Below are positions 53,933-63,540 of a DNA stretch of 64,000 nt, one piece after another. The notes under the pieces were generated by a model. The model had not been told where the DNA came from. It ran no database searches and saw only the letters and a list, made by a program, of their open reading frames with translations. Made by a program: the position numbers and the translations under genes. This stretch comes from Phycisphaerae bacterium (lineage in GTDB: Bacteria > Planctomycetota > Phycisphaerae > UBA1845). Within the stretch, counting starts at the first letter, position 1. The number at the start of each line of letters is the position of its first letter. Location: assembly GCA_963666835.2 (NCBI GenBank), contig CAXXGO010000006.1:1184001-1248000 (forward strand), given 5' to 3'.

Positions 53933-55804
53933 ATGTCTTGTATTCGCATTATTGTGCTAAGTGTGGTTGTGACGGTTCCGCTTATTGGTTGCCGTTCGCC
54001 GGGGGAGCACCGGCGGGCGGCTGATCGGGTGGCGTACGGGAACATCGCCGAGGAGCGAATGAGAGCCCTGGGACGTGACGAGCCTTTTACAATCGAGACG
54101 CCGGCGGACACGCTCCGGCGGAGGTTGCTGCTGGATCAACACTTGCCGCGCGCCGCGAGTGCCTCGCTGGGCGCGAGCGATCTGGAGCCGATCGAGCAGT
54201 GGCCCGACGATGACTACCTCAAAAAATCCGACGCCGGGGAAGGGCTCGCGGGGGCCTATCAGACCGACCAACCCCTGAACCTGACTTTGGTCGATGCCCT
54301 GCAGATCGCGGCCCATGAGAGTCGCGAGTATCAGAGCCGCAAGGAAACGGTCTTCGAAACGGCTCTGCACCTGGACCTCGAACGGGATTCGTTCCGACAT
54401 ACGTGGTCGGGCGTACTCGAAGGGATGTTCCAGACCGACCTCGAAGAAGAGATCGTAATCGACAACGAAGGTAACACCGATACGCAAAACGTCTCGGGGG
54501 CCGAGTACGGCGGATCGCTCGGCCTGTCCAAGCGTTTCAAGAACGGGCTGACCTTCACCGGCCTGATCGGCATCGATCTCGTTGCTCTGCTTACCCAGAA
54601 CCGGATGTTCTCGCGGTCGGTGTGGGCCGACGCCAGTATCTCGGTGCCGCTGATGCGCGGCTCCGGGGAGTTCGTCGTAACCGAACCGCTCACCCAGGCC
54701 CAGCGCAACGTCGTATACGCCATCTACGAGTTCGAGCGTTACAAGCGGGAGTTTGCGGTCCGAATCGCGGAGAGCTACTTGGGCGTTTTGCAGCAAAATG
54801 ACCAGGTCCGCAATGAAGAAGAGAACTATCGCGGATTGGTGACTTCGACCCGTCGCGCTCGCCGGCTGGCCGAGGCCGGGCGGCTCCCGGAGATTCAAGT
54901 CGATCAGTCCTTCCAGGATGAACTTCGGGCGCGCAACCGGTGGGTGGCTGCTATCGAAAGTTACGACCGGAGACTCGATAGCTTCAAGACGACCCTCGGG
55001 CTGCCGCCCGATGCCGACGTTTCGTTGGATTATACGGAGCTTGAGAGGGTCACGCTTCGGGCTGAGCAGATCATCCAGGAAGAGGAGCCGCGCGAAGAGG
55101 AAGACTCGGCCGCGGCCGATGATCCGATCGTGCTCGTCCCCCCCGGGCAGGGTATCGCGGGGCCGTATGAACTGGATGAGACGGACGCTATTCTCCTGGC
55201 CCTCGAGAAGCGGCTGGATCTTCGGGTCGCCCTGGGGCGGGTCCACGACGCCCAGCGCGGCGTGGCCGTATCCGCCGATCAACTGCGTGCGGATGTCACT
55301 CTTCTGGGAACCGGCTCCGCGGGCCAGCACCGCTCGATTTCATCGGCCACGATGGACGACGGGCGCCTGGCACCCGATGGCGGAATCTACTCGGCTTATC
55401 TGACCATAGACCTTCCGTTCGAGCGGACCTCGGAACGGAACGACTATCGCGTGAGTCTTATCCGCCTGGAGCAGGCGGTGCGGAACTTGCAGGAATTGGA
55501 AGACGAGATCAAGCTTGCCGCCCGTAACCGGCTCAGCGAATTGCTTGAAGCCCGCGAGGCGATTCAGATTCAGGCAATGGCGGTCACGGTTGCCGAGCGG
55601 CGCGTGGACAGTACGAACTTGTTCTTAGAAGCCGGCCGGGCTGAGATCCGGGACGTCCTCGAGGCGCAGGAATCTCTGGTGTCGGCACAGAATGCCTTGA
55701 CGGCGGCACTAGTGAGTTACCGGGTCGGAGAGCTCAGCCTTCAGCGAGATATGGGAGTGCTGGCGGTCAACGAAGAGGGCCTGTGGCAGGAATATACTCC
55801 TTAG
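53933..55804 (+). CDS. TolC-family outer-membrane efflux lipoprotein
   Basis: Lipobox LIGC, LTLVDALQIA, two OEP repeats (EAGRLPEIQVDQ; EAGRAEIRDVLEAQESLVSAQ), DMGVL. Confidence 0.88.
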   Translation: MSCIRIIVLSVVVTVPLIGCRSPGEHRRAADRVAYGNIAEERMRALGRDEPFTIETPADTLRRRLLLDQHLPRAASASLGASDLEPIEQWPDDDYLKKSDAGEGLAGAYQTDQPLNLTLVDALQIAAHESREYQSRKETVFETALHLDLERDSFRHTWSGVLEGMFQTDLEEEIVIDNEGNTDTQNVSGAEYGGSLGLSKRFKNGLTFTGLIGIDLVALLTQNRMFSRSVWADASISVPLMRGSGEFVVTEPLTQAQRNVVYAIYEFERYKREFAVRIAESYLGVLQQNDQVRNEEENYRGLVTSTRRARRLAEAGRLPEIQVDQSFQDELRARNRWVAAIESYDRRLDSFKTTLGLPPDADVSLDYTELERVTLRAEQIIQEEEPREEEDSAAADDPIVLVPPGQGIAGPYELDETDAILLALEKRLDLRVALGRVHDAQRGVAVSADQLRADVTLLGTGSAGQHRSISSATMDDGRLAPDGGIYSAYLTIDLPFERTSERNDYRVSLIRLEQAVRNLQELEDEIKLAARNRLSELLEAREAIQIQAMAVTVAERRVDSTNLFLEAGRAEIRDVLEAQESLVSAQNALTAALVSYRVGELSLQRDMGVLAVNEEGLWQEYTP

Positions 55805-55822
55805 AGAAACGGACGAATCGAG

Positions 55823-57667
55823 ATGAATGCCAAACTGGAAAGGCCGGCAACGAAGCAGGGCGGGTGGCGCATGGCGGCGATCATCGTCGCAATCGTCGTT
55901 GCGTTGGGGGGGCTGGCCGTGACCCGCTCGACCGGATCAAAGGCGACGCAGGGAACAAGGCCGACCAAGAAAGTGCAACAGGGTCCCTTGACCATCAGCG
56001 TCGTCGAATCCGGCACGATCAAGTCACTCGAACAGGTCAGCCTGAAGAATGAAGTCGAGGGCCAGACCACACTGATTTACCTGATCCCGGAAGGCACCCA
56101 GGTGAAGAAAGGAGACTTGCTCGTCGAGTTGGACGCCAGCGGGCTCGAAGATGATCTGATCCAGCAGCAGATTTCGGTGGATAACGCCGAAGCGTCCTTC
56201 ATCCGCGCTCGCGAGGACTTGGCCGTTGCGAAGAACCAGGCGGAGAGTGACATCTCCAGGGCAGAGCTGGACTATCAGTTCGCAATCGAGGACGTCAAGC
56301 AGTACGTCGACGGCGAACACCCGCAGGAAGTGAAAGAAGCGGAATCCAATATTACGCTGGCTCGCGAGGAATTGGAGCGGGCCGCCGAGCAACTCAAGTG
56401 GTCGCAGCGACTCTATGAAGAAAAGTATATCTCGCACACCGAGCTCGAAGCTGATCGGCTCACCCATAGCCGTCAGCAACTCAACTACGAGCTGGCCGTT
56501 GCATCGCTGCAGTTGCTCCAGGACTACACGTCAAAACGCAAGATCGCCGAGCTGGAAAGCGACGTCGACCAGGCAAAGATGGCTCTGGAGCGGGTGAAAC
56601 TGCAGGCCAACGCGGACATCGTCCAGGCCGAGGCGGATCTGAAAGCCAACGAGACCCAGTTCCGCCAGCAACAATCCAAGTTCGCTAAAACCGAAGCCCA
56701 AATAGCGAAGACTAAGATCATAGCTCCGCGCGGGGGTCTTGTTGTCTACGCGACGTCGGTCCAGGGCGGCGGCCGGCACCGGCGGCAAGAACCGCTCGAA
56801 GAGGGGCAGGCGGTCCGCGAGCGGCAGGAATTGATCTACCTACCATCGGCCGAGTCGATGATGGCCGAGATCCCGATCCACGAATCCAGCCTGGACAAGA
56901 TCCGCGTCGGACTGCCGGTGCGCGTGTCCGTCGACGCCATCCCGGGGCAGTCGTTCACGGGACGCGTGGCCAAGATCGCACCCTTACCCGACGCGCAGAG
57001 CGCCTGGCTCAACCCCGACCTGAAGGTCTACCCGACCCAGGTTCATTTGGACGGCAGCCACCCGGAGCTGCGGACCGGTATGAGCTGCCAGGCGGAGATT
57101 ATTGTCGAGCAACATGCCAATGCGCTGTACGTACCGGTGCAGGCCGTGACACGGATCGGGCAGACCCCGACGGTCTACGTGCGCCGCGGAAGTACCTTCG
57201 AACCCCAATCGATCGAAATCGGGTTAGATAATAACTCTAAGGTCCACGTAATCTCCGGTCTGGAGGAGGGGCAGGAAGTGCTCCTGACCCCGCCGCTCGA
57301 AGCGTCTGCAGCCGCCCAAGAAGAGCAACTGACCGAGGCCGGCTCCGATGCGGACTTAACGAGGCGACGCATCGAGGAATCGAAGCAGACGGCCACGACG
57401 CAGGCCCAAAGCCCTTCCGAACACAGCCGAGGCAACAGAGACGAATCACGCGAGTCCGGGCAGCCACAAGGGGATATGCGCCGGCCCTTCGAGAATATGT
57501 CGCCCGAAGAGCGGGAAGCCATGTTCGAACGCATTCGGAATATGACCCCCGAGGAGCGGGAAAAGATGCGCAACCGGTTCGGCGGGAGAAGGCCGTCAGG
57601 AGGCGGTGGGTCGGATCGTGGAGGACCGCCGGCGAGGCCGCAAAACGACCCCGGTGGCGGCGAGTAA
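55823..57667 (+). CDS. Periplasmic adaptor (MacA/HlyD-type MFP) with long coiled coil and disordered tail
   Basis: N-terminal TM, EGTQVKKGDLLVELD, IIAPRGGLVVY, LRTGMSC.AEI, GLEEGQEV. Confidence 0.88.
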   Translation: MNAKLERPATKQGGWRMAAIIVAIVVALGGLAVTRSTGSKATQGTRPTKKVQQGPLTISVVESGTIKSLEQVSLKNEVEGQTTLIYLIPEGTQVKKGDLLVELDASGLEDDLIQQQISVDNAEASFIRAREDLAVAKNQAESDISRAELDYQFAIEDVKQYVDGEHPQEVKEAESNITLAREELERAAEQLKWSQRLYEEKYISHTELEADRLTHSRQQLNYELAVASLQLLQDYTSKRKIAELESDVDQAKMALERVKLQANADIVQAEADLKANETQFRQQQSKFAKTEAQIAKTKIIAPRGGLVVYATSVQGGGRHRRQEPLEEGQAVRERQELIYLPSAESMMAEIPIHESSLDKIRVGLPVRVSVDAIPGQSFTGRVAKIAPLPDAQSAWLNPDLKVYPTQVHLDGSHPELRTGMSCQAEIIVEQHANALYVPVQAVTRIGQTPTVYVRRGSTFEPQSIEIGLDNNSKVHVISGLEEGQEVLLTPPLEASAAAQEEQLTEAGSDADLTRRRIEESKQTATTQAQSPSEHSRGNRDESRESGQPQGDMRRPFENMSPEEREAMFERIRNMTPEEREKMRNRFGGRRPSGGGGSDRGGPPARPQNDPGGGE

Positions 57668-58407
57668 TGTCAGCACCCAATATTGTGACATCAGGAACCG
57701 TATCACCCGCATCGTCGCGGCGAGTCGTTGCCGTGCTCGAAGACGTGACCAAGGTCTACCAGATGGGCCAGGCCCGGGTGCGCGCGCTGGCCGGAGTATC
57801 CGTCGCCTTCCAGGCCGGCGGGTTCTACGCAATCATGGGGGCTAGCGGCTCGGGAAAGAGCACCATGCTGAACCTCCTCGGCTGTCTCGACCGACCGACT
57901 TCGGGCCGCTATATGCTGGAGGGGCAGGACGTGGCGCTGTTGAATGACGACGCGCTCAGCGAGTTTCGACTGCGCCACCTCGGGTTCATCTTCCAAAGCT
58001 TCAACCTTATCCCCCAACTCACCGTGCGCGAGAACATCGAGCTACCGCTCTACTACCTCGACTGGGACGCGCACGACAGCGATGCCCGGATAGAGGAGAT
58101 GGCCGCGCGCGTCGGGCTGGCGGACCGGCTCGAACACCGGCCTACCGAGCTTTCGGGAGGCGAGCAACAGCGGGTCGCCATCGCTCGCGCTTTGGCTACG
58201 GACCCGTCGATTCTGCTCGCCGACGAGCCCACCGGCAACCTCGACTCCCGCACGAGCCAGCAGATTATGGCATTGCTCAGCGACTTGAACGAGCACGGCA
58301 AGACCGTCCTGATGGTAACCCACGAGCCGGAGCTGGCGTCTTACGCAAGCCATCAAATGCACATGCAGGACGGACTGATTGACCGTATTGAAGAGAACTC
58401 CGCATGA
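57667..58407 (+). CDS. ABC transporter ATP-binding protein (MacB/LolD-type)
   Basis: GASGSGKST, GFIFQSFNL, LSGGEQQRVAIARAL, LLADEPTGNLD, MVTHE. Confidence 0.95.
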   Translation: MSAPNIVTSGTVSPASSRRVVAVLEDVTKVYQMGQARVRALAGVSVAFQAGGFYAIMGASGSGKSTMLNLLGCLDRPTSGRYMLEGQDVALLNDDALSEFRLRHLGFIFQSFNLIPQLTVRENIELPLYYLDWDAHDSDARIEEMAARVGLADRLEHRPTELSGGEQQRVAIARALATDPSILLADEPTGNLDSRTSQQIMALLSDLNEHGKTVLMVTHEPELASYASHQMHMQDGLIDRIEENSA

Positions 58408-59675
58408 GACAGGCCAAGCTCCTCAAGAACATCCGTCTCGGGGTCAAGACCCTGCTGCTGCATAAGCTGCGCTCCTTTTTGACCATGATGGGCGTGGTCT
58501 TCGGAGTGGGCAGCGTAGTGGCGATGCTGGCCGTGGGCGAAGGTGCCAGCAAGGAGGCCCTGGAGGAGATCCGCAAGCTCGGTAGCACGAACATCATCAT
58601 CAGTTCGATCAAACCGATCGAGGACGAATCCGGCAGTCAGCGCTCGCCGTTCAGTGTTGTGATGTACGGATTGCTGTACGAGGATGAGCGTCGGGCGCGG
58701 GAGACGTTCGACGCCATCGAGCGGACGGTCCCGGTCAAAATCGTACGGAAAGAAGGACGCCTCGGGGAGCGCACCCTCGACCTGCGTATTATGGGGACGA
58801 CGGCCGACTGGTTCGACCTGGTGCGGCGTCCGCTTATCGCGGGACGCGCGCTTCAGCCGCGCGACGCGCAACGACGAGGCGGCGTGACCGTGCTTACCGA
58901 GTTCGGAGCTCGGAAACTGCTGGCCACCGAACGCTCCATCGGGCAATCACTGCGTATCGGCGGTGAATACTACGAAGTCGTGGGGATTGTCCGAAGCGAG
59001 TCGGCCCAGGAGGGTTCCATCCAGACGCCCGACCAGAACATTGACGCGTACATCCCGGTCGAGGTCGCCCGCGAACGCTACGGCGATTTCCGCACGGAGA
59101 TCAGCGCCGGTTCGGTGTTGCGCGAGGCGGTGGAGCTGCATCAGCTTATCGTTCAAGTTGATTCCATCGGTAATGTCGAATCGGTGGCTAACGGGTTGAC
59201 CCGGATGCTCGAGGGATACCATGCGCGGAAAGACTATGCCATCAGCGTTCCGCTCGAGCTGCTCCGCCAGGCCGAGGCGACGAAACGAACTTTCAACATC
59301 GTGCTCGGCTCGATCGCCGGGATCAGCCTGCTGGTCGGCGGTATCGGCATCATGAACATCATGCTTGCTTCGGTCACCGAGCGCACGCGCGAGATCGGCA
59401 TCCGCCGGGCAATCGGTGCCAAGCGGCGTCAGATCATCGGCCAGTTCCTGATCGAAACCGTAGTGCTCTCGACCGCGGGCGGCCTGATCGGAGTGATGAT
59501 TGGTCTGCTAATTCCGTGGCTCATCACGCATTTAGTCGGTATGCCAACCGTTGTCACTCCGCACAGCATCGTGCTGGCCGTAGGCATCAGCATGACCGTC
59601 GGGATCGTGTTCGGCTTATACCCCGCCCGCCACGCCGCCAACCTCGACCCCATCGAAGCTCTGCGGCATGAGTAG
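58404..59675 (+). CDS. ABC transporter permease (MacB/FtsX-type)
   Basis: HKLRSFLTMMGVVFGVGSVVAM, ISLLVGGIGIMNIMLASVTERTREIGIRRAIGA, GLYPA..AA.LDPIEALRHE. Confidence 0.95.
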   Translation: MRQAKLLKNIRLGVKTLLLHKLRSFLTMMGVVFGVGSVVAMLAVGEGASKEALEEIRKLGSTNIIISSIKPIEDESGSQRSPFSVVMYGLLYEDERRARETFDAIERTVPVKIVRKEGRLGERTLDLRIMGTTADWFDLVRRPLIAGRALQPRDAQRRGGVTVLTEFGARKLLATERSIGQSLRIGGEYYEVVGIVRSESAQEGSIQTPDQNIDAYIPVEVARERYGDFRTEISAGSVLREAVELHQLIVQVDSIGNVESVANGLTRMLEGYHARKDYAISVPLELLRQAEATKRTFNIVLGSIAGISLLVGGIGIMNIMLASVTERTREIGIRRAIGAKRRQIIGQFLIETVVLSTAGGLIGVMIGLLIPWLITHLVGMPTVVTPHSIVLAVGISMTVGIVFGLYPARHAANLDPIEALRHE

Positions 59676-59765
59676 CGAATGACCGGACTGCCATGCGCGT
59701 AGCACGGTTTCGCACGGTTTGCGAGGGCCTGGATCAGTAGTCCCTCCGCCGCTCGAAAAAACGCT

Positions 59766-61247
59766 TCACGCAGTGCCCTCGGACACCGAATCGGTTTCGC
59801 AAGTCACGGCCGGGATGCGCAACTTGACAATGAGCCCGCCCTCCGGAGCCGTGTCTGCGCTTATCGAGCCACCGTGGATGTGGGCCGCACGGGCTGCAAT
59901 GGCCAGCCCCAGCCCGGTTCCGCCGCGGTTTCGGTCTCGGGCATCCTCGACCCTGTGAAACGGCCTGAAAATAGACTCCAGATGCTCTTGCGGTACTCCG
60001 GGGCCGTGATCTCGGATGGTTACTACGGCGTGTGGTTGCCCGCTTTCGATTTGCCGGGAGATTTCAACTTCGACGTCGGTTCCGCGGGCCGTGTACGAGA
60101 TCGCATTGCGCAGTACATTTTCGATAGCGCTGCGTAACAGCGTTTCTACTCCGCGCACGATGCATGAATCTCGTTTGGTGACGCGGACCTTGCACCCTCT
60201 CGCTTCCGCTTCGAAATCCGCATCCGCGGCGACCTCGTTAACGATGACCAGAAGGTCCAACTTGCTTCGTTCCAGGTTCTCGTGGGTTGACTCGAGCCGG
60301 CTCAAGGTCAGCAGTTGGCCGATAAGCTCGTTGAGTTGCTCGGCTTCATGTTCGATGCGGTCAAGGGCATCCTGGGCCTCCGCGCCAGCCTTTCGGGCGG
60401 CAATCCCGAGCGCCAGGTTCAGGCGAGCTAGTGGAGAGCGCAGCTCGTGCGATACGTCCTGCAGCAAACGGCGCTGTGCGGTGATCAGCGATTCAATCCG
60501 AGAGGCCATCGCGTCGAAATCCCGCCCCAGTTCGCCTATGGCATCGCGCCGCGTCGCCACCAGAGGGCCGACCCGCGCCTCCAATTCGCCGGCGGCAAAC
60601 TGCTGAGCCGTTGCCCGAAGTTTCTTGATCGGCGCCGTTAGAGAGTAGGCCAGAGCCAGCGCAACGAATCCGGCCGTTACGATTATGGTGAGCAGCGGCA
60701 TGATCGAGGGGCCGATCCACCCATGCGGTCCGTGATGCGGAATCGACCGGCGTTGGCCGACGGCAACGTACCGTTCACCCTCTGGGCTTTGGACGAGACG
60801 ACCCTCCCAGCGGTTCATATCGAAAGGTTTGCCCCCGGGGCCTCGGCCGTCACGCATTCGCCGAGCCGTTGTGACCGCCTCGTCCGGAACAGTCCGTCCC
60901 AAGACGTCTTGATCCCGATCGTTGAGTATGTAGATCGGGGAGTCCATTGCCGTCGAAAGGCTGTCCAGATATTCCCGGAGGGCCTGCGGCCCCCCGGAAC
61001 TCAGAGCGGAGATCGCCGCCTGTCCGGCGATGCCGACGTGGTTTTCATGATCTCTCGGACCGCGGTCTGGTTTCCCCGATAACGGGCCGGGCGATTGGAT
61101 GACAATATCTTGACTCTCACGACCTCCCGGGCCATGGTCCGGGCTTCCCGGCAAGTCGATGTTCCTCACCAGAAGCATGAACACTGTGAAGACAACGAGG
61201 TGCGTGATCCAACATAATACGAAGATCTTCAGAACCAGGCTTTTCAT
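59766..61247 (-). CDS. CpxA-like sensor histidine kinase (2 TM, HAMP)
   Basis: LTAPIKKLR, RRDAIGELGRDFDAMA, LQDVSHELRSPLARL, LLRSAIENVLRNA, DHGPGVP, GGTGLGLAIA. Confidence 0.93.
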   Translation of the reverse strand: MKSLVLKIFVLCWITHLVVFTVFMLLVRNIDLPGSPDHGPGGRESQDIVIQSPGPLSGKPDRGPRDHENHVGIAGQAAISALSSGGPQALREYLDSLSTAMDSPIYILNDRDQDVLGRTVPDEAVTTARRMRDGRGPGGKPFDMNRWEGRLVQSPEGERYVAVGQRRSIPHHGPHGWIGPSIMPLLTIIVTAGFVALALAYSLTAPIKKLRATAQQFAAGELEARVGPLVATRRDAIGELGRDFDAMASRIESLITAQRRLLQDVSHELRSPLARLNLALGIAARKAGAEAQDALDRIEHEAEQLNELIGQLLTLSRLESTHENLERSKLDLLVIVNEVAADADFEAEARGCKVRVTKRDSCIVRGVETLLRSAIENVLRNAISYTARGTDVEVEISRQIESGQPHAVVTIRDHGPGVPQEHLESIFRPFHRVEDARDRNRGGTGLGLAIAARAAHIHGGSISADTAPEGGLIVKLRIPAVTCETDSVSEGTA

Positions 61248-61307
61248 TGTCTTTTGTCACGAGGAGTGATTGGATGGCTGAGTCTCTAGCCGGCGCTCGC
61301 TTCTCAT

Positions 61308-62057
61308 CTAGGACTCCCCGTCTGCCACCCCTGCAATCGCGTAAAGGTAACCGACTCCGCGAATCGTCTTGATCCTCTCCGCACCGCCCACTCGATGGCC
61401 CAGTTTCTTTCGGAGGTTGCTCGCATGCGTATCGAGGCTGCGATCATAGGGTGTCAAGGCCCGATCCAGCACGGTCTTGGATAGCTCGGTACGTGACACG
61501 ACGGATCCTGCAGAACGCAGTAGAGCTTCGAGGAACGTGAATTCCACGCCGGTCAGTTCAATGCTCTCGCCGGCGCGGCGCACGACTCGAGCGCCCAGGT
61601 CCATTTCTACGTCACCCACGCTAATCCGGTCGGTATCGGCGGATGCCGATTGGGCGTCCGATGAACGGGCGGCCCGCCGCAGGATCGCCCGAATGCGAGC
61701 CGCGAGTTCTCGGGGATTGAAGGGTTTGGGAAGGTAATCATCGGCTCCGATCTCCAAGCCAACGACGCGGTCGACATCCTCACCGCGAGCGGTGAGCATC
61801 AAGACCGGGATGTTCGATTCGGCTCGGATTCGACGCAGTACCTCGAACCCGTTGCATCCGGGAAGCATGACGTCCAGCACGACAAGCGCATGGGCCGCCG
61901 AGAGAGCCCGCTCAAGACCGCGTGTGCCATCGTGTACCGCCTCGATGTCAAACCCCTCGGGTTCGAGATACTCCCTGACAAGGTCGCAGAGCTTGACGTC
62001 ATCATCGATGACGAGCAGACGATCCGGCTGAGCTGTCGGCTTCTCCGTCATGTCCAT
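61308..62057 (-). CDS. CpxR-like OmpR-family response regulator
   Basis: LLVIDDD, LDVMLP, LMLTARGEDVDRVVGLEIGADDYLPKPF, DRSLDTHASNLRKKL, IKTIRGVGY. Confidence 0.93.
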   Translation of the reverse strand: MDMTEKPTAQPDRLLVIDDDVKLCDLVREYLEPEGFDIEAVHDGTRGLERALSAAHALVVLDVMLPGCNGFEVLRRIRAESNIPVLMLTARGEDVDRVVGLEIGADDYLPKPFNPRELAARIRAILRRAARSSDAQSASADTDRISVGDVEMDLGARVVRRAGESIELTGVEFTFLEALLRSAGSVVSRTELSKTVLDRALTPYDRSLDTHASNLRKKLGHRVGGAERIKTIRGVGYLYAIAGVADGES

Positions 62058-62129
62058 AATTCTATCATATACGGCTGGGCAAGCGATCGAGTTCCGCGCA
62101 AAGAAGTGTCAATCGAGCCGTGTTCCCTA

Positions 62130-62158
62130 AAGGAGCATCGGTCGGACGGATGCTCCTT
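62130..62158. terminator. Hairpin downstream of 62245-62970
   Basis: AAGGAGCATC-N9-GATGCTCCTT, 10-bp perfect stem. Confidence 0.55.
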
Positions 62159-62244
62159 GCGGGAGTAGGCCCGATTGACTTGAACACGCTTGGACTGTTA
62201 TCGCCCTACCCGTTTCCGCGGAATGCCCCGCCGTTTCAGCGGTT

Positions 62245-62970
62245 CTACGCCTCCTCATCCACAACTTGGAGAAGATCCAGCAGAGACGGTAGGATGTTCT
62301 GGTTTGTGCTTATCGAGGATTCGGCGAGAAGATCTTCGCCTACTGACCCCGCGCTCGAATTCTCGGCACCGGCCGGTCCGGGCATGCCGGCGGGCGGCTT
62401 GAGTTGATCCGCGTCGATGCCGTACTTCTCGAGGATGCTGTTCACAACGTCCGATACGGACTGTCCCGAGCCGTCGGATTCATCCTCCTCCTCATCTTCG
62501 GTTTCCTGGACGGCTGCGGAAGCCGCCGCCTGCAGTTCCTCAATGAGCGAGGCGGTAGTCTCCGCATCCAGGCCCGCCTCCGCGGCCAGAGTCTCGACCT
62601 GCGCCATCATTGGGTCCTGTCCGCCTCTTGACGGCATGGGCTCTTCCACGCTGATCCCATAATCCGCGAGGACACTCTCGATGGCTGAATGTACGGCCTC
62701 CCGGGGGTCGCCCGATTCAGCAGTCTCGTTCGCATTCTCAAGGGCAGCAGCGATTGCCGCCTGTAGTTCTTCCTGCAAAGTAGCGATGGTCTCCGGATCC
62801 AGGCCTGCTTCCACGGCCAGCGACTCGATTCGCTCCATCATCGGGTTCTGCCCGCCTTCCGGAAGTTCACCCGGAGCAGGTGCAGGCTTGGCGCCCTGCA
62901 GTCCTGTGGCCCGGACGTTGAACTGATTGGGCTCCATGCCGAATCCGCCGATGCTGCTGATGCTGGTCAT
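62245..62970 (-). CDS. Acidic hypothetical protein with an internal duplication
   Basis: RBS GGAGAG. Two copies of GGQ.PMM...E.LA.EAGLD.ET.A.L.EELQAA..AA...V...L..YGI. Confidence 0.8.
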   Translation of the reverse strand: MTSISSIGGFGMEPNQFNVRATGLQGAKPAPAPGELPEGGQNPMMERIESLAVEAGLDPETIATLQEELQAAIAAALENANETAESGDPREAVHSAIESVLADYGISVEEPMPSRGGQDPMMAQVETLAAEAGLDAETTASLIEELQAAASAAVQETEDEEEDESDGSGQSVSDVVNSILEKYGIDADQLKPPAGMPGPAGAENSSAGSVGEDLLAESSISTNQNILPSLLDLLQVVDEEA

Positions 62971-63092
62971 CGTTGCTCTCCGCCATCAAGGGAAGACATC
63001 GTTCACCCTTGCCCTGGTCCAGCCGAATCGCACTTGAGGCTGGTGGGTCAGTGTTTTTATCGACAGAAGCTGCCTGATAGACCCATCTCCGC

Positions 63093-63143
63093 GCGCAAAG
63101 AACCGCAAACGCGATCTTTGCAGAACTTCACGCTTAGTTGACA
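63093..63143. promoter_or_regulatory. Conserved upstream motif, copy B, in a divergent promoter region
   Basis: GCAAA-GAACC-GCAAA followed by CGATCTTTGCAGAACTTCACGCTTAGTTGACA. Confidence 0.65.
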
Positions 63144-63301
63144 GACGCTAACGTGCTCACGCCCTACAAAGTAGTAAGTTGCTTGGCTTCTAGCCGACGC
63201 CCGTGGGTTTCTTCTTCTTGCCCGGACGAGAAGGAGAACGGGCGCCCGTCTGTTGCACAGGCCTGCGATTACAGGACTGTTCGAATAACAGGGAGATCTG
63301 C

Positions 63302-63469
63302 ATGTATAAGAGGGCGAGTATTACCAGGGTCTTGCGACGAGTCGCGGCGATTGCGAGCGGTGCGACGCTGCTTCAAGTTGGCAGTTGCACAGTCGACGAG
63401 GCGTTGCTGACAGAATTTGCCAACTTGGCCGCCGAAACGCTTTTGACGGCGCTGATGGGAAGCGTCTGA
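63302..63469 (+). CDS. Small (55 aa) secreted or lipoprotein-like peptide
   Basis: RBS GGGAG. Basic N-region, hydrophobic stretch ending LLQVGSC, then an amphipathic helix. Confidence 0.6.
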   Translation: MYKRASITRVLRRVAAIASGATLLQVGSCTVDEALLTEFANLAAETLLTALMGSV

Positions 63470-63540
63470 CACGAAGCTGTCGTACGCCTTGGCCGATTGC
63501 GTGCGGTAATCTGCCTTTGCTTATTGAGGAGCCACGAAAC

